From: Octopus sinensis
Lineage: Eukaryota
DNA length: 64,000 nt
Reading direction: 5' to 3'
Assembly (NCBI RefSeq): GCF_006345805.1
Contig: NC_043014.1
Span: 46,128,001-46,192,000 of the forward strand
Shown: piece by piece, positions 62,301 to 64,000 of the stretch
Layout of the letters: each line of letters begins with the position of its first letter
How positions within the stretch are numbered: position 1 is the stretch's first letter
Notes under the pieces: generated by a model
What the model saw: the letters and a program-made list of their open reading frames with translations, nothing else
The model's database searches: none
Told to the model about the DNA's origin: nothing
Program-made: the position numbers and the translations under genes

Positions 62301-64000
62301 TGTAGTGGATTTGATGCTATCCAAGGATTCAGGAGGCTGGTAGTTCAGCAGCAACACTATGATGTAGTGGATTTGATGCTATCCAAGGATTCAGGAGGCT
62401 GGTAGTTCAGCAGCAACACTATGATGTAGTGGATTTGATGCTATCCAAGGATTCAGGAGGCTGGTAGTTCAGCATCAACACTATGATGTAGTGGATTTGA
62501 TGCTATCCAAGGATTCAGGAGGCTGGTAGTTCAGCAGCAACACTATGATGTAGTGGATTTGATGCTATCCAAGGATTCAGGAGGCTGGTAGTTCAGCAGC
62601 AACACTATGATGTAGTGGATTTGATGCTATCCAAGGATTCAGGAGGCTGGTAGTTCAGCATCAACACTATGATGTAGTGGATTTGATGCTATCCAAGGAT
62701 TCAGGAGGCTGGCAGTTCAGCAGCAACACTATGATGTAGTGGATTTGATGCTATCCAAGGATTCAGGAGGCTGGCAGTTCAGCAGCAACACTATGATGTA
62801 GTGGATTTGATGATGCTATCCAAGGATTCAGGAGGCTGGCAGTTCAACAGCAACACTATGATGTAGTGGATTTGATGCTATCCAAGGATTCAGGAGGCTG
62901 GTAGTTCAGCAGCAACACTATGATGTAGTGGATTTGTGCTATCCAAGGATTCAGGAGGCTGGTAGTTCAACAGCAACACTATGATGTAGTGGATTTGATG
63001 CTATCCAAGGATTCAGGAGGCGTAGTTCAACAGCACACTATGATGTAGTGGATTTGATGCTATCCAAGGATTCAGGAGGCTGGTAGTTCAGCAGCAACAC
63101 TATGATGTAGTGGATTTGATGCTATCCAAGGATTCAGGAGGCTGGTAGTTCAACAGCAACACTATGATGTAGTGGATTTGATGCTATCCAAGGATTCAGG
63201 CTGGTAGTTCAGCAGCAACACTATGATGTAGTGGATTTGATGCTATCCAAGGATTCAGGAGGGTCTGGTAGTTCAGCAGCAACACTATGATGTAGTGGAT
63301 TTGATGCTATCCAAGGATTCAGGAGGCTGGTAGTTCAGCAGCAACACTATGATGTAGTGGATTTGATGCTATCCAAGGATTCAGGAGGCTGGTAGTTCAG
63401 CAGCAACACTATGATGTAGTGGATTTGATGCTATCCAAGGATTCAGGAGGCTGGTAGTTCAGCAGCAACACTATGATGTAGTGGATTTGATGCTATCCAA
63501 GGATTCAGGAGGCTGGTAGTTCAACAGCAACACTATGATGTAGTGGATTTGATGGATTCAGAGGCGGGGGGTAGTTCAGCAGCCACTATGATGTGTGGAT
63601 TTGATGCTATCCAAGGATTCAGGAGGCTGGTAGTTCAGCAGCAACACTATGATGTAGTGGATTTGATGCTATCCAAGGATTCAGGAGGCTGGTAGTTCAG
63701 CAGCAACACTATGATGTAGTGGATTTGATGCTATCCAAGGATTCAGGAGGCTGGCAGTTCAACAGCAACACTATGATGTAGTGGATTTGATGCTATCCAA
63801 GATTCAGGAGGCTGGTAGTTCAACAGCAACACTATGATGTAGTGGATTTGATGCTATCCAAGGATTCAGGAGGCTGGCAGTTCAACAGCAACACTATGAT
63901 GTAGTGGATTTGATGCTATCCAAGGATTCAGGAGGCTGGTAGTTCAACAGCAACACTATGATGTAGTGGATTGATGCTATCCAAGGATTCAGGAGGCTGG
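47386..64000. repeat. 62-bp satellite array, >=16.6 kb (~268 units), three domains, runs off the window
   Basis: Period 62 measured at 47521/47583/47645 and 59341/59403/59465. Domain I ~47500-53740, II ~53740-57140, III ~57140-64000. Confidence 0.99.

Overview
AT-rich animal genomic DNA with no recognisable intact host gene. The short repeat families resemble octopus SINEs as I recall them, so an octopod cephalopod origin is inferred but not verified. About 36% of the window is two large tandem arrays: a 58/59-bp minisatellite (~6.66-12.92 kb) and a 62-bp satellite in three sequence domains (~47.39 kb to the window end). The rest is transposon debris: at least five SINE-like families; RTE, CR1 and L1/Tx1-like LINE fragments; mariner and Tc1 fossils; a non-autonomous Helitron; and a TTAA piggyBac-type MITE. 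Nearly all ORFs in the supplied track are spurious. Most notable: (1) a TSD-flanked 2.05-kb L1/Tx1-derived element that keeps a gag-like ORF1 (CCHC knuckle) followed by only the putative last ~60 aa of ORF2, with a second, more deleted relative at 27.4-28.0 kb and an endonuclease-bearing relative at 32.0-33.7 kb; (2) its 3' tail matches the 3' tail of the commonest SINE here (31/33 columns), suggesting a SINE-LINE partnership; (3) an R2-type zinc-finger+Myb 5' fragment with no rDNA around it, whose Myb domain has been expanded into a 29-bp minisatellite; (4) several tandem repeats whose single-copy progenitor is still visible beside or within them. All protein assignments come from manual translation and motif recognition, not database searches.
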